The notes: generated from the letters alone by a model not told the origin. A stretch of DNA of 64,000 nt from Octopus vulgaris (GCA_951406725.2 OX597826.1:6386001-6450000); one strand, 5' to 3'; shown: positions 15,886 to 30,325, counted from the first letter of the stretch. Translations and numbers: made by a program.

Positions 15886-17043
15886 ATAGTTTGCAATATG
15901 TGTGGTCCAATGACACTAGGGATATATTGTATGTTCGACTCTCGTAGCTGCCACGTCTTAGCGATCACAATTCTCAACTTTTTCTCATTCTTTAATGATG
16001 ATGTGTTGATCTTCTGGCACTGCTACGTCGATTATTAGGCACTCTTGTTTGTCCCTCCTAAATGTTACTATATCCGGCCTTCGGTGTCTGTCTGCAAATC
16101 AAAGTCCCGACCTCAAACCTCGAAGAATTTTGTTTGCAGTGTATTCTTTGCAAGTTTTTCTTTCTTATTTCTTGGGTTCAAATTCGAATTTCTAATCTCG
16201 CCCATATTATGAAGAACTGATTATCTCCCTTGTAATATAAATGCCTAATAAACGGAGCTACAATAGTTTGATAAAAGTTTATACGTCTTAAAAGACGAGC
16301 TTGAGAAGACAAGAGATAAAACGATTGTACTTTTTAAAGAATTTATCATAAAATTACATAATTTTTCTTTTAAAATTATATATTCTACTTGCGATTACGT
16401 TGTTGTTCAACGCCAGATTAGTTCCGATGGGATAGTCATATAAGCAGCATATGAATTACCATCTTTGAAAGAATAACTTGTAACGCGAAATATATTTGAT
16501 GTCTCAATCAACATTGTTTTAGCTAAAAAAAATTTGTTAATTAGTGCTGGTATCGGAGATGATGTTGGAGTACTTGTGGAGATGATGTTGGTGGTGATGG
16601 TGATGTTGATAGTGATGAAGAAGACGATGGCGGTGATAGTGGTTGAAAATGATGGTGATGGTGTTGGTGATGGTGAATACGATGCCCATAATGGTACAGA
16701 CATTCCTGGCTGGTGGCGGTTGTTGTGGTTGCTATACTACTTGTGGCAATATATGCAGTGATGTTTATATTGGATGTATTTAACAAACTATATCCGCTGA
16801 ATTATTAATTTCTGACTTTCCAAACCTTAATGTCTGAAAACCAATCAATCGAATAAATTGATAGACAAACATTTAGAGTTTTGTGTAATCAAATTCACAG
16901 GACAATAATTAAGTAGCAATTACTGCTCTGTAGTTGCGTTTTCATAAAAGTCTAGCTGTGTGTTTAATAATTTCTTTCGCAAATTATATAATATACATAC
17001 ATACATAAATACACACACACACGCATATATATAAATACGCACC

Positions 17044-17099
<56 letters not shown>

Positions 17100-17130
17100 G
17101 GCATATATATATATTTATATATATATTATA

Positions 17131-17526
17131 TTCTTTTACTCTTTTACATGTTTCAGTCATTCGATTGTGGCCATGCTGGAGCACTATTTTAATCGAGCAA
17201 ATCGTCCCCAGGACTTATTCTTTGTAAGCCTAGTATTTATCCTAGCGGTTTCTATTGCCGAACCGCAAAGTTACGGGGACGTAAACACATCAGCGTCGGT
17301 AGTCAAGCGATGCTGGGGGAACAAACACAAACACACAAACATACACACACACACATATATATACATATATAGGACGGGCTTCTTTCAGTTTCCGTCTACC
17401 AAATCCACTCCCAAGGCTTTGGTCGGCTCGAGGCTATAGCAGAAGACATTTGCCGTAGTTGCCACGCAGTGGCACCGTATCTTATACATTTGTATAAGCT
17501 ACTTACCATACAGTCACTCCTGCACC

Positions 17527-17527
<1 letters not shown>
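17131..17527 (-). mobile_element. SINE family B (tRNA head, internal microsatellite)
   Basis: Reverse-complement match to the copy at 58644-59068. Confidence 0.85.
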
Positions 17528-17557
<30 letters not shown>

Positions 17558-17560
17558 CAA

Positions 17561-17606
<46 letters not shown>

Positions 17607-18822
17607 CATATATATCTATTTATATATACCCATGTATATAATCTTATACCTTTTACGTGCTTCATTCATTAGGCTGCGGTCACGCAGAGCAGCGCCCTGT
17701 TGAATTTTAGGCGAACGAATCGATCCAAGTATGCGTTTGACACCCTACTGTATTCAGCCTGTCAGTATTTTGGGAGGTAACTTTTGCACATTTAATCCAT
17801 TTTCCCGTTGGTGACAAAACCATAAAATTATATTTTCCATTTACTTCTCAGGGCCTCTTCTAAGATAACCGGAAATTAAATACTTCTACGAATAAACAGT
17901 GCGAAAGGAAATATCAAAGCTAAAATTTAATCTGAGCAGAAATATAAATGGAAGAATGCATGTAAAGATAACTTGACCAGCCATCTAACATAGGAGAATC
18001 ACAACACGAAAAATGTTATCTATATAGATCTATCGAGATCAATGTACTTGCAGTGCAATAACTGAAGGAAACAACAAGAAGCATGTAAATTGAAGAAAGC
18101 GTGGCTTACGGAGAAGTGGCCTTACTGAGAAAATTTCAACACATACACAAACGAAGTACTTCGTAAATTTAAGAAGTGTTTGCAAAGAACGTCAGAGGTT
18201 TTAATGCGAATTTTTATTTCAGTTATTATTTCTAGTATTACATGTTGCTTTTTCTTGTTAACCAAAAATATAACAATTTAAATAATCCTTCATGCTACAG
18301 CTACAAGGGGTGAAATTTCACTCCGGTGTTCAATTGCTACACATTTTATCGACTCAAAATTACGAAAATGTTAAGTCGACATCGGGGGAAAGTAGAGTTG
18401 CCATCATCAAGTGACAACGTAAAAATGTCACTTGGGATGTTTTTTTGTCCTTTCTAGGTGCACACTGTTAGCTGAGCGGTCATGTTTACGCTGTAAGCAA
18501 AGAAGAAAATTTTAGCGTTCAAGGTCAAAGATCAAGTACGTAACGAAACAAAATAGTACCACATTTCAGTCCCTGAGTGGTGAAGACAGCGTGGCTGACC
18601 TAGAGAAAGCATTAGCAAAATTACTGATAATGGTGTACTTGATTTTGTGTGTATAAATATAAATGAGTGTGTGTATGTGTGTTTGCGAGCGCATGGGTGT
18701 GTACTTTTTGTGGGTAAACAAGGCTATATTCCATGGTGTGTTTTGACTTTATGTTCGTGTTTAGTGCGTATCCGGAATAGTTATTAACGCTTAATAAGCA
18801 CCAAACGCGCTCCACTCACAGC

Positions 18823-18900
<78 letters not shown>

Positions 18901-18933
18901 CATACATGCATACACAAACACACACACACACAT

Positions 18934-18985
<52 letters not shown>

Positions 18986-18986
<1 letters not shown>

Positions 18987-19197
18987 AAGTTAATCCAACA
19001 AGAAAACACAAAAAAAAAACAACGCGAGGACGTGGAACAAATATAGTATTATTGGACGCTCAGGAAAGAAGGGAAGAAGGAGGGTCTAACGTTTCGAGCG
19101 GAGCTCTTCGTCGGAAACATAGGAGAAGGAAAGATCCCGAGAGTGGAAGACAAAGGAAAAAAATCGCCAACGGTAGACACGAGGTCACATTTTGAAA
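18986..19197 (-). mobile_element. (TA)n-embedded cassette with minimal hammerhead-like motif; probable PLE terminal remnant
   Basis: Minus strand CCGACGA-AGAGCtccGCTC-GAAAC-GTT at 19085-19117; homologous to 43245-43485. Confidence 0.5.
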
Positions 19198-19289
19198 ATA
19201 TATATATATTTATGTATATATATATATGTATGTATGTGTGTAAATATATGTATATATCAAAGAGAAAGAGAGAGAGAGAGAGAACGAGA

Positions 19290-19337
<48 letters not shown>

Positions 19338-20112
19338 GAGAGGAAGAGTTAACGTTCCTGCATGTTTATACAAATCTGAACAATTTTTAAAGGACTCATT
19401 AGAAATGTGTGTTTAGATATTCTTATAAATTTTATGAAGAGTATCTTGAAAGTGTCGCCAATATTTGTCTTCACAAGACTGAAAAAAATCCTGCTGCTGG
19501 TAAACATCGTCGTCCCAACAAGGCATGCGCTTGACTATGTGAGTCTGTGTGTATAGATATATGTAGGTGTGTGTGGTGGGGGTATGTGTAGGTGTGTGTA
19601 GATGTGTGTGTTGCGTGACCATTTTTAACTTTAGTATCACTGATGTAATGATAATATACATATTTAATAAAGTAATGGCTTTAAACATATTTTCTTTTCA
19701 TATCGCTCTCTTTCAAACTCTCTCTCTCTTCCACACACACACACACATACCAATACACACACACACACTAATTTTTGTGAGTCTGTGTGCGCATGTATAT
19801 ACTGCATCAGAATCAGTTTGTCACTTAGACATATGCAGAGAAACATTTTCTGGCTGTCTTTTTTTTTTTTTAGTTAGTTTTGTATGCTAAATATGACAGC
19901 ATTAATATATTTGTTTTGATATGATAATAGAAAATTGATTCATGAAATGTCTGTTCGTGTTGGAATATTTCAAGAATCTCAGCAAGTGCTGGTCCAATGA
20001 ATAGCTTAGTAAGCAATCTGTTTACTATTCAGAGGCTTGACTAAAATTTATCCGCGTATGATTGCAATGTTCAATAGTAATCCCGTTTAGGAGAATATCT
20101 AATTTGTTACAG

Positions 20113-20171
20113 AGACTTACCACACAGTTTTGTGACTACTGCAGTTACTCAATTCAATGTTATTAGACAAG
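20113..20171 (+). CDS. Candidate 59-nt exon (phase 2 to 1), DLPHSFVTTAVTQFNVIRQ(G)
   Basis: ctaat branch-like motif, ttgttacag acceptor, strong AAG|gtaaga donor; phase fits 2605-2729 upstream and 48008 downstream. Confidence 0.35.
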
Positions 20172-21790
20172 GTAAGAAAATAATGGATTTTCCGGAAATA
20201 GCTCGCTGAAAATAGAAGACTAACAAATGCCATAAACTAAAGCAACGTAGATAAACAATAGCTTAGTTCTTTTGGTATTGAGAAGGAAAAGAAAATAACA
20301 CTTTTTTTCGTATATCAGTTAAACGCTCTTCAAACAAAATTTTAAAAAAAGTATATCGTAATCGCTGTTGTGAAACTTGTCTGGAAGTTTTGTGTTCGTT
20401 TTGTTTTTAGTCATAGATAAAGTTGGTATAAGGTTACGAAAAGTATGCATGCTTCCTACGGGTTTTATCTCTTTTGCATTGTGCGTTGTTTTATTTTACT
20501 TTCAAACTATTTTCTTTATCTCGCAATCGAACAAACAATACAAAGATTAAAGACATACAACAATCGTTAAATGATTATTTAGATATTCGTGTATACTAAT
20601 CATTGTTTGGAGAAAATATGTACAAGTGCAAGTATTTAAGTCTACCAGGTATATCGATAATCGGTTGGACAGGATTTAACTAAAAAACAACGTTTTTGAA
20701 AATTATTTGCACCTTGATCAGACACAGGCAAACATTTCTTTGTATTTGGTTTTGTTTGGAGATTTCAGTTTGCAGACTTAGTGTAAAGAGTAGAGTATTG
20801 TTACACACTATTTTGGAAACAGTTCCACCCAGACGCAACTCATTCATTGTCTTTGTGTTTGCAACCATGAGAATGGTTCACTTGCATTACGGCACCATGT
20901 ATCTTAAGTACTACATGAGACAGTATTTAGCTCATTGTAATCTTTCAGCAATTATCTTTCTATTGTTCATTAAACAAGTTATACGGAAACTTTGTCGGGA
21001 ATGAATGTGCAAAGTATCTGTGTGTGTGTGTGTTGTAGATATATTTTCAAGAGGGATTTTACAGATTAACTAATATATTGAATTGTCCATGTTATGGGGA
21101 AAATTCTCTTCTGTACTTAGTATTTTCGGTTTGAAATTTCAAACACGTCATGGTTCAGTAGAAGCTTATATTTTCATACATTTGGGAATCAACCTCATTG
21201 CGCAATATAAAAAAAATATTGCCATATTGCACATGAATGAGTTAAATTAAATTATTATATTCCACAACTCATGAAATATTTCATTTGATTAAGTATCACA
21301 TTCAGAAACCAAAGTTAAATATACTTTCTGTGAACGATTTTACGTTGAACAACTTATTAAAAAATATACTAATGTTTCCTCACACAGTTATGCACATGGC
21401 AATCACAAGCAAAAATGAGAAATACTGTAACACGTACTGCGCAAGAATATCTAAAATTATTTAGAAAATCCATATGAGATATGTGAGCAATATGTATATA
21501 TATACATACACATTACACACACACACATACATACATATATATTGATATATATATACATATCAATATATACATATACATATATGTATATATGCATATATAT
21601 ATATATAACTATATATATATATATATTGATATATATATATATATACAAATATGTATATATACACATATATATGTACATCTATATATACATACATATAATG
21701 AGTTCAGTATGTGGCAAAGTAATTTATTTTACTAAGCCCTTTTATATAATGTAAAAATACATACATATATATATATTAATATATGTATAC

Positions 21791-21821
<31 letters not shown>

Positions 21822-23138
21822 CATATATACATATATATATTATTGTATGTATATATACAAACATACACACACACACGTATATATTTATATTTGTGTGTGC
21901 GTGTGTGTGTGTGTAGATGTGTAGATATATTGATAAATTGGTAGATAGAAAAGTACATGTATAAGAGATACAGAGATAAACGAACAGCGTTTCAATAAAC
22001 ATGAAGAAGAAACAACTCAAAAAGGAAAAAAAAACATTTTCATTCTATGGAAATGGTTAAGAAACCTCGTATTCAATAAAGTGATTCAAGAAATGGGTGA
22101 AGAAAAGTAGAATTGAATTGCTTCAGCTTTTTAGAAATATGATATAAACGGAAACTAAACTGGTGTTGGAAGGAAAACTATATCGAAATTCACAATTCTC
22201 GAACGGGAAACCCAAAAGGAAATGAATTTGCCACGTAATAAAACATATGAAATGATTATGTCAGTTAGTTTCTCATTTCCGTTTGGTAGAGCTTCGCATG
22301 TCTTTGCGTGTCAATTGATAAGTTGTGCGCTTTCCGGTGGCGGTTTATATGTACATTATAATTTTCGTACAAACATATGTACATATATATATATACATAT
22401 ATATATACGTATATATACACACATACACATATGCACACACACATGTATATATATACATAAGAAGTAGAAATTCGAAGCCAGCGGAAAATGGAACCCACAA
22501 GTTCATATTTGTATTTGAATTATATTCATCCTATTCTTTCTTTTAAGCCCTTCAGGCGTACTCGTTCGTGTGCAGGCGGACATGAGTACATCCATCCATA
22601 CATACATACATACATACATACATACATACATACATACATACATACATTCATACATATATGTACACATATAAGCATATATTTAGATATGTATATATATTCA
22701 TGTATATTCATGTATATATAAAGATGTGCAAAATTGGGTGAAACGAATATCATCGCACCAGATCAGTTCTACCTTATATATATGAATTGATTAGACAGCC
22801 TTCATAACTAAACGTGGGCACAATGCGGAGAATGCGCACCGTACATAGGAAAAGAACGCAGGAAATGTCGTCGCCTTTAAAGATTTCGATAATGAACGCG
22901 TTTTTCATGAAAATAGATGACATGTATTACTTGAGATTACAAGCCACTCATGTGAAAGATCTCCACCGATTTCTTTGGCGAGTAATGCAGGTGAAAGGGA
23001 CCTTTGGCGTGTGGTCACGTAAATGGGTTTATTCTTTCATTCTCCTGTAACGGATGTACCCAAACTGATGAAGCTCTTGTGCATTATATAAAAAAAAAAA
23101 TTTTATACCGGTTACATTTTCTGTTACAATGTCCTCTC

Positions 23139-23170
23139 TTCTTCTTCTTCTTCTTCTTCTTCTTCTTCTT

Positions 23171-23265
<95 letters not shown>
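23139..23265. repeat. Compound (CTT)n(ATT)n microsatellite
   Basis: Directly visible. Confidence 0.95.
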
Positions 23266-23267
<2 letters not shown>

Positions 23268-23649
23268 TCTCTCTCCCTCTTTGTATATATTTATATACAC
23301 ACATATATATATATACATATATATACACTATTTTATACATAGGTGAAGACGGTGAGCTCTTAGTATCATTAGCCCACTGGACATAGCATGTAGTGGAGAC
23401 TGACATGCAGGCGCACACACACAAACACACACACATACTCTCTCTCTCTCCCTCTTTCTCGTTCTCACACAGACACTAATAACACTCTTAAGTATATACA
23501 CTCAAACAGTACAGCTCCCTTAAACTACAACATACAGACAATGTATGTTGGTACAACTGAATCTGAGGACGAACACTGTATACACATACATACATACATA
23601 CATACGTACATACATACATACATACCTACATACATACATACATACACAC

Positions 23650-23703
<54 letters not shown>

Positions 23704-23708
<5 letters not shown>

Positions 23709-24276
23709 AATGAAGGAACGGCCATAATAGGCCATTCACCCACTAGAAATAACAGCCAAAGCTTCAACCGCAAAACAACATTAATTCCGCAAACCAGGAG
23801 AAAATTAAAAAAACATTTACCCTGTAGTTCCTTATACGATGCACCGTTTCATCTATTGTTTAATGGTAAACCAACCTGATTAAATTAAATCAAGCTAGTC
23901 TTCCATAGGCCGATAGATTCGTCAGTAAGAACAGCCAGATCGGAGCAGATATTTACACGAGGCACTTTTATCCCTGTCTCGGCAATATCTGACCTAAAAT
24001 TTTCAAATCATCGCACTCGCGCCAAATTTATCGGCAGCAAATATAAGCCGCCGATTCCATTACGGAATTAACCAGAAAATTCATAATTAATCAATATAGG
24101 GTGGCAAAAAATTCCGTAGAATGTTTTTGCCACCAGCGGCCTAGTGGGAAAAAGTTAAATAGTCATAGACCATTTATAAATTCAACATCACAATCAAGGA
24201 ACGGCCATAATAGGCCATTCACCCACTAGAAATTACAGCCAAAGCTTCAACCGCAAAACAACATTAATTCCGCAAA
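23704..24276. repeat. Element with ~90-bp direct terminal repeats (23704-23793 and 24187-24276)
   Basis: atcacaat(g/c)aaggaacggccataataggcc...ttccgcaaa repeated at 483-bp spacing with about two mismatches. Confidence 0.85.
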
Positions 24277-24285
24277 ACATATATA

Positions 24286-25519
24286 CAAGGTTTGTACAAA
24301 ATAATGGAAACATCTTAAAATTTCAAAGAAATTAATGTTAATATGGAGTAGGACCACCTTTGGCACTAAGTACAGCTTGAATACAACGAGGTATGAACTC
24401 GTAGTTTGAATTGTTTTCAAAGGAATTTAGTCCATTCTTCAGCTAAAACAGGCTCCAGTGCTTGTAGTGGTGATAGTTGAAGATATCGAGTCCTTATTTG
24501 TTTTCTTTCTAAAATGCACCATAAATATTCAATAGTATTGAGGTCTGGGGACTGTGGTGGCCAGGTAAGATGTTCAACCTCACTAGAATTTTCCTCGTGC
24601 CATTCAGTAACAACTTTCGCTGTATGAATTGTTGGATTATCATCCTGTAAGATTGCGTTTCCCTCCGGAAACAGTTCCGCAACAATAGGATGAATTTGAT
24701 CAGATAAAATTCTTAAATAGTCTTGACTATTAATTCTGCTATGAAGGGAAGCCATTGGGCCGACGGATTTCAAAAATATAGCACACCCGCCAAAACCTGA
24801 TCATCACAAATCCTCCTCTATGTTTAACAGTTTGAAGAAGGCAGTTTGGGTCAAATGATTCTTTTGGCTGTCTCCACACGTATACTAGGCCGGGGGTCGG
24901 AAATAAGTTAAAGGATAACTCAACCGAGAAAATAAAATTCTTCCACTGCTGTAGGGACCAATTCTGTAGGTCTTTACTCTACTTTAAACGATTTGCAATG
25001 TTTGTTTTTGAAAGTAATGATTTTCTGATTGCAGCCCTCCTACGGAATCCGGCTTTGTGAATTTCCCGGCGAACAGGCTTTGTGGAAATTCGGTTCTCGT
25101 GGTGGCCATTAAGCTCTGCCGTAATTGTGGGAGCTGTAATTTTGTGATCATTTCTAACAATTCGAATAAGAGCCCGACGTTACCTATCTGAAAGTTTGGG
25201 TTTTCTTCCTGTGTTTTTTTTCGACGAGGAGGTTTTCTTTTCCTCTTTTTCAAAGTCTGTCATTTCTTTCGAGACTGTACTTCTTGATACACCAAACATT
25301 TCGGCTGTTTTCATTACGCTAGTACCTATCATACGAGTACCAACAATGTGAGCTCTGATGATGTCTGAAAGGAAACAGCAATTTTAGCAAAACATATTAA
25401 GTAACACTAATAATAAATTAAAAAAACATAAAAATAAACAAGCTTTTGACGGTTTTATAGATATTTTAAAATTATGATGCTATGATGCGAGGTTTGTGTA
25501 TTATTTTGTCCAATCCCCC
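24286..25519 (-). mobile_element. Decayed Tc1-family DNA transposon
   Basis: LQDDNPTIH and WPPQSPDLNTIEYLW (DD34E motifs); imperfect TIRs caaggtttgtacaaaataat / attattttgtccaatcccc; TA at the left end. Confidence 0.88.
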
Positions 25520-25569
25520 CTCTCTCTCTCTCACTCTCTCTGTATATATATATATATATATATATATAA

Positions 25570-26280
25570 ACTTAAAACCGTATCATAAAAGTACAAACAA
25601 ACGGAAAACATAGAATGTCACCACCTCCTCATCAGTTATCGGTCAGAGGGCCAAACGCAAGTTTTTTGCCTTACGGCAATAATTCTTTGTAGGTGGCGCC
25701 AGCACAAAAACTACAGGGAAACGGGACCAAAGCATAACCGAATGAAAATGAACAAATAAGAAATAAATAAACATGCGAGGCAGAAGTGGACATGCGAACA
25801 TAAATAAACGTGATTCAAGATGACGGTCGATCGATGAATATGAAATACATAAACAGGTACGGACTTAGGGCGAGATTGAGAGGAATATATGAATAATGCT
25901 AAGCAGAAAATCCTAGAGGATTAGAAACAGGAAACCAGATATCGAAACAGGTTTAAATGGGAGACTAGAGAGAATGCGACTAGTTGCTTCAGCGGACGGC
26001 GTGAAAAGAAAGTGAGTAGGGGAAAAAGGAAGAAAAAAGGATGAGCACAGGCTTCTCATCAGTCGCAAGAGAGAAACAGTGATAGAAGGCATAGAGAGAC
26101 AGGCATGGCAGAAAGGAAAGATGAGAGAGGGAGAGAGAGAGAGAGAGAGAGAAAGAGAGCGTGTGGACAGAAAGACAAGAGAATAGATGGGATAGGAATA
26201 GTTGTACGAATATGGAAAAAAGTGTACATGTAAATAAAATCAAGGGTACGTAACTTACCACTAATTAATTAAAACATATT
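25570..26280 (-). mobile_element. Probable PLE-type terminal remnant(s) with decayed hammerhead motifs
   Basis: Minus-strand CTGATGAG at about 25627-25634 and 26055-26062; the latter has TGCGA/TCGCA stem I but GAAG instead of GAAA; abuts (TA)n. Confidence 0.35.
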
Positions 26281-26534
26281 TGACACAGGTTAAAAAGACA
26301 AATACAGAAATTCAAAGAATGGCTCTGGGACAGTGGTAAAAGGTCTACCAAGATTAAAGAAGATATCTCAGTTCCACTCCCATGGTGAGGACTCGCAATT
26401 TTTCACCACAGTGGTTTTCGTTATTTTTTTATTTAAAACAAAGCTTAATTGTAAGTTTCAAGACAGTCATCGAGTGCCAAGGGACGAAACTGTCGGACCT
26501 TGCGTCACTCTTTTACTTCTGCGAAATATTAATA

Positions 26535-27082
26535 TTGGGTTGTCCGCAAAGTTCGTGCCGATTTTTAAAGGAAAGGAAAAAGGTCAATAAATACTTGCCA
26601 TTACATTTTTAATCAACCAAATATGAACCATTTTCTTGCACAATGCGTTTCCATCATTCCTTTAACTTGAAAATATCCTCTTCTCAGAATTGATGTGGTT
26701 TCATGGCAAAGAATTCATCAAGGTACCATTTTACGTCATCAAAGGAATTTAAATTTTTACCATTGAGACATAGTGGAAATCCGAAGGAGCAATATCTGGT
26801 GAATATGGAGGGTGGGTTAACACATCCCAGCCGAGCTGCAGTAATTTTTGTCTTGTTCACAAAGCATCAAGTGCCGAAAATGAACTTTCTTATGTCCCAT
26901 TTTAAAGGGTTACAGAATTAACACAGGTTATAGGAACATAAAACTCCTACCACGAAAACATAGGTTAAAGTGTGCTCTAAATGGAGGTGTAGTCATATCC
27001 TATTTTATGGATTCAACCATGTTCTAAAATAAGTCGCAAGGTAAGCCGCAATAAATCGGCACGAACTTTCCGGACAACCCAA
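26535..27082 (-). mobile_element. Second copy of the deleted mariner
   Basis: Same TIRs, TA flanks and internal deletion junction as 2878-3443. Confidence 0.92.
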
Positions 27083-27544
27083 TAAAATTATATATATATT
27101 TATATAAATACGTGCGTTTTCTATACAAGAATGCATATTTAGTGTTTTTATGTATATCTCAGTATATGAACAATTATACACTTCTCCCCTGCTCCTCTCT
27201 CTTTTCTTATTCTTTTCATTAGAAAGCTTTTTAAAATTAATTTTGTATTTGTTGTTTTGTAATGTTCTACTTCTTCATAACTTCCATACTCACCTTTTCC
27301 TGTCTAGACACTGTTGTTTACAGCGTTCTTGAGAAGCCAGTCTCATAGTGTTGGTATCAGATGGACAGTAAGACCGCGTACTATGTCTGCACTCAATTTC
27401 TTTTCATGTTCTTTTTGTCGCGACCGTTCTTTTTTCTTGTCACTTCCTTATTCATCTCCGTACATTTCGAGATGTGTGTGTTTGTGTGTGAGTGTGTGTT
27501 TGTGTATGAGTGTGTATGTATGTGTGTGTGCACGAGAGTGTGTA

Positions 27545-27760
27545 TTCTTTTATTCTTTCACTTGTTTCAGTCATTTGAGAATACGGCCATGTTGGAGCAC
27601 CGCGTTTAGTCGAAGAAATCAACCCCAGGACTTATTTTTTGTAATCTAGTACTCATTGTATTGGTCTCTTTTGCCGAACCGCTACTACGGGGACGTAAAC
27701 AAACCAACATCGGTTGTTAAGCGACAATGAGAGTACAAACACAGACATATAAATACATAC

Positions 27761-27840
<80 letters not shown>

Positions 27841-27845
27841 GTATG

Positions 27846-27885
<40 letters not shown>

Positions 27886-28061
27886 AATGTATATACAACG
27901 AGCTTCTTTCAGTTTCCGTCTACCAAAACCACTCAAAAGGCTTCAGTCGGCCAGAGGCTATAGTAGAAGGCACTTACCAAAAGTGCCACGCGCAGTAGGA
28001 CTGAACCCAGAACCATGTGATTGAGAAGCAAGCTTCTTACCTCACAGCCACTCCGGCGCCT
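27545..28061 (-). mobile_element. SINE family B
   Basis: Matches 58644-59068; internal (TA)n expanded. Confidence 0.85.
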
Positions 28062-28229
28062 ATACACCACCAACAAGTATAAAACGAGTTTACACGAACC
28101 ACCGACGAATGTACATTCAATATCGACATTGCGATAGAAAACAGTTGTGATGAACTACACTCTCTCATCTCGTCTTACAGAAATATTCTTGCATTCCATA
28201 TTTCCCCACACGTTTATCTGTCATTATTT

Positions 28230-28448
28230 ATGCTTTACTTGTTTCAGTAGTTAGATTCCGGTCATGCTGGAGCACCGCCTTGAGGAATGTAGTCAAACTA
28301 GTCGACCCCAATACCTATTTTCATCTTTGGCATGGTACTTATCCTATCGGTACCTTTTGTCGAGCCTGCTAAGTTACGCGAACGTAAACACACCAAGACT
28401 GGTTGTCAAGTAATGGTAGAGGTCAGACACAGACATACACACACACGC

Positions 28449-28490
<42 letters not shown>

Positions 28491-28640
28491 TACAACGGGT
28501 TTCTTTCAATTTTCATCTACCAAGTCCACTCAGACATCTTTGGTTGGCTCGAAGCTATCGTAGAAGACAATTGCCGAATGTGACACGCAGTGGGAGCGAA
28601 CCCGGAACCGTATGGTCCATCGGAAGTAAACTTCTTACCC
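28230..28640 (-). mobile_element. Diverged SINE family B copy
   Basis: tttacttgtttcagt...catgctggagcaccgcc...cgcagtgggagcgaacccggaacc with internal (CA)n. Confidence 0.75.
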
Positions 28641-29336
28641 CTAAAATATTTTGTCTCACCATACTGCTATACATCTAAGTCTGCAGATGTCAGTGAAATG
28701 TCTTGCAGTAATCAGCACACAAAATTTGAGGTAATTTTAATTACTGTCTTATAATAGCGAGTTTCTTGGGAAACTTCGGTAAACGATTGTTCCGGAAAGC
28801 AATTTCAAATTATAAAGGCTATATAAGCGAATAATAAAGAGCAAACATCATTACACCGGTAAGTTATTGCTGGTGAGTTTGCTCTCTTTGTATCTAAGTA
28901 GCTTTCTGTTGTTTCTGAATTTATAGCCTGGAGTATATTCCAAGTCCCCTCTTATCTCAAGTAATCAAGTTTAGTATTGACCATTTAGACCCTATCTTAA
29001 AAGTGACATTGTGCAAAATTCCCGCCCTGAGTGAACATCTCAACGGTTTGATGCGTATTTTAAACGACCAGGATTGTCATTTAAGCCAACAACAGTCTGT
29101 AAACAAACATACATGATACTGGGTTTATTGGGTGCGTTGCTTTCTCTTGTAAATATAAACGTATGACTGGGTGTATTCATATTTGTGCTTGTATATACAT
29201 AAACACATTCATGCGTTTATACACATACACAGAGACAGACAGACAGGAAGAAATGGAGAAAGGGATGCATAGATAGATATATACATACATATATATATTA
29301 AAATGTTTAGAGTAGAGAAATGTTTAGAGTAGTATG

Positions 29337-29387
<51 letters not shown>

Positions 29388-29966
29388 CAGGCGTGTGTTC
29401 AGTGCAGTTTTGTCATTTATCTTCTCTCTCTCAATGATTAATTTATTAAAATGGGCTTTTATTTATTAAATATTAACACATTGTATGGCCTGTGTTTAGC
29501 AAAGTCAAACGTAGGTATGATATGGTCTTGACTACCACCAATTTAAAATCTCTTTGAACTTTATATTGGGAGTTAAAGTAAAAAGCATTCGCCGATATGG
29601 CCGTGATTTGAAAATTATAATAGTGACAATTCATTTTAGACGCAAGTCATGTCTGATTGATTATATCTGTTATGAAATTCATTACTTACCAAATTCATTT
29701 GTAGCTTTTAACCATCTCCCATTATTATATCATTGAATAATTCTGATTTATGTACTTTCAATCCTATTTTCTAATTTGAGGGCGATTTGACAGCGATTTG
29801 TACCAATTTGAACGTCAGCAGTAAAACTGCACAGCTGGCAACGGATGCTGAGTGGAGAATATATTTCATTGGTAACAAATAAGGAAATATGCAAGTGATA
29901 CAATTGTTTCTTTGTCATTTGAATCGATCTGGATGTAGATATGTAAGTGTAAAAGATGTATAAATA

Positions 29967-30325
29967 TTGGGTTGTCCGTAAAGTTCGTGCTGATTTATAG
30001 TAGCTTAAATTTCGACGTATTTTAGAACATGGCTGAGTCCATAAAATAGGATTTGATTATACCTCCATAGTTTAAGCAACCTATTCGTGGAAGAAGGTTT
30101 ATGTTCCCATAACCTGTGTTAATTCTGTAACCCTTTAAAATGGTAGATAAGAAAGTTTATTTTCGGCAAATTCTGAGAAGAGGTTTTTTTTCAAGTTAAA
30201 GGAAAGATGGAGACGCATTGTGCAACAAAATGGTTCATATTTGGTTGATTAAAATTGTAATGGCAAGTATTTATTGACCTTTTACTTTCCTTTAAAAATC
30301 GGCACGAACTTTCCGGACAACCGAA
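29967..30325 (+). mobile_element. Third, shorter mariner deletion derivative (359 bp)
   Basis: Same TIRs with TA flanks; keeps ATGGTAGATAAGAAAG start and KLKERWRRIVQQNGSYLVD* end. Confidence 0.9.
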
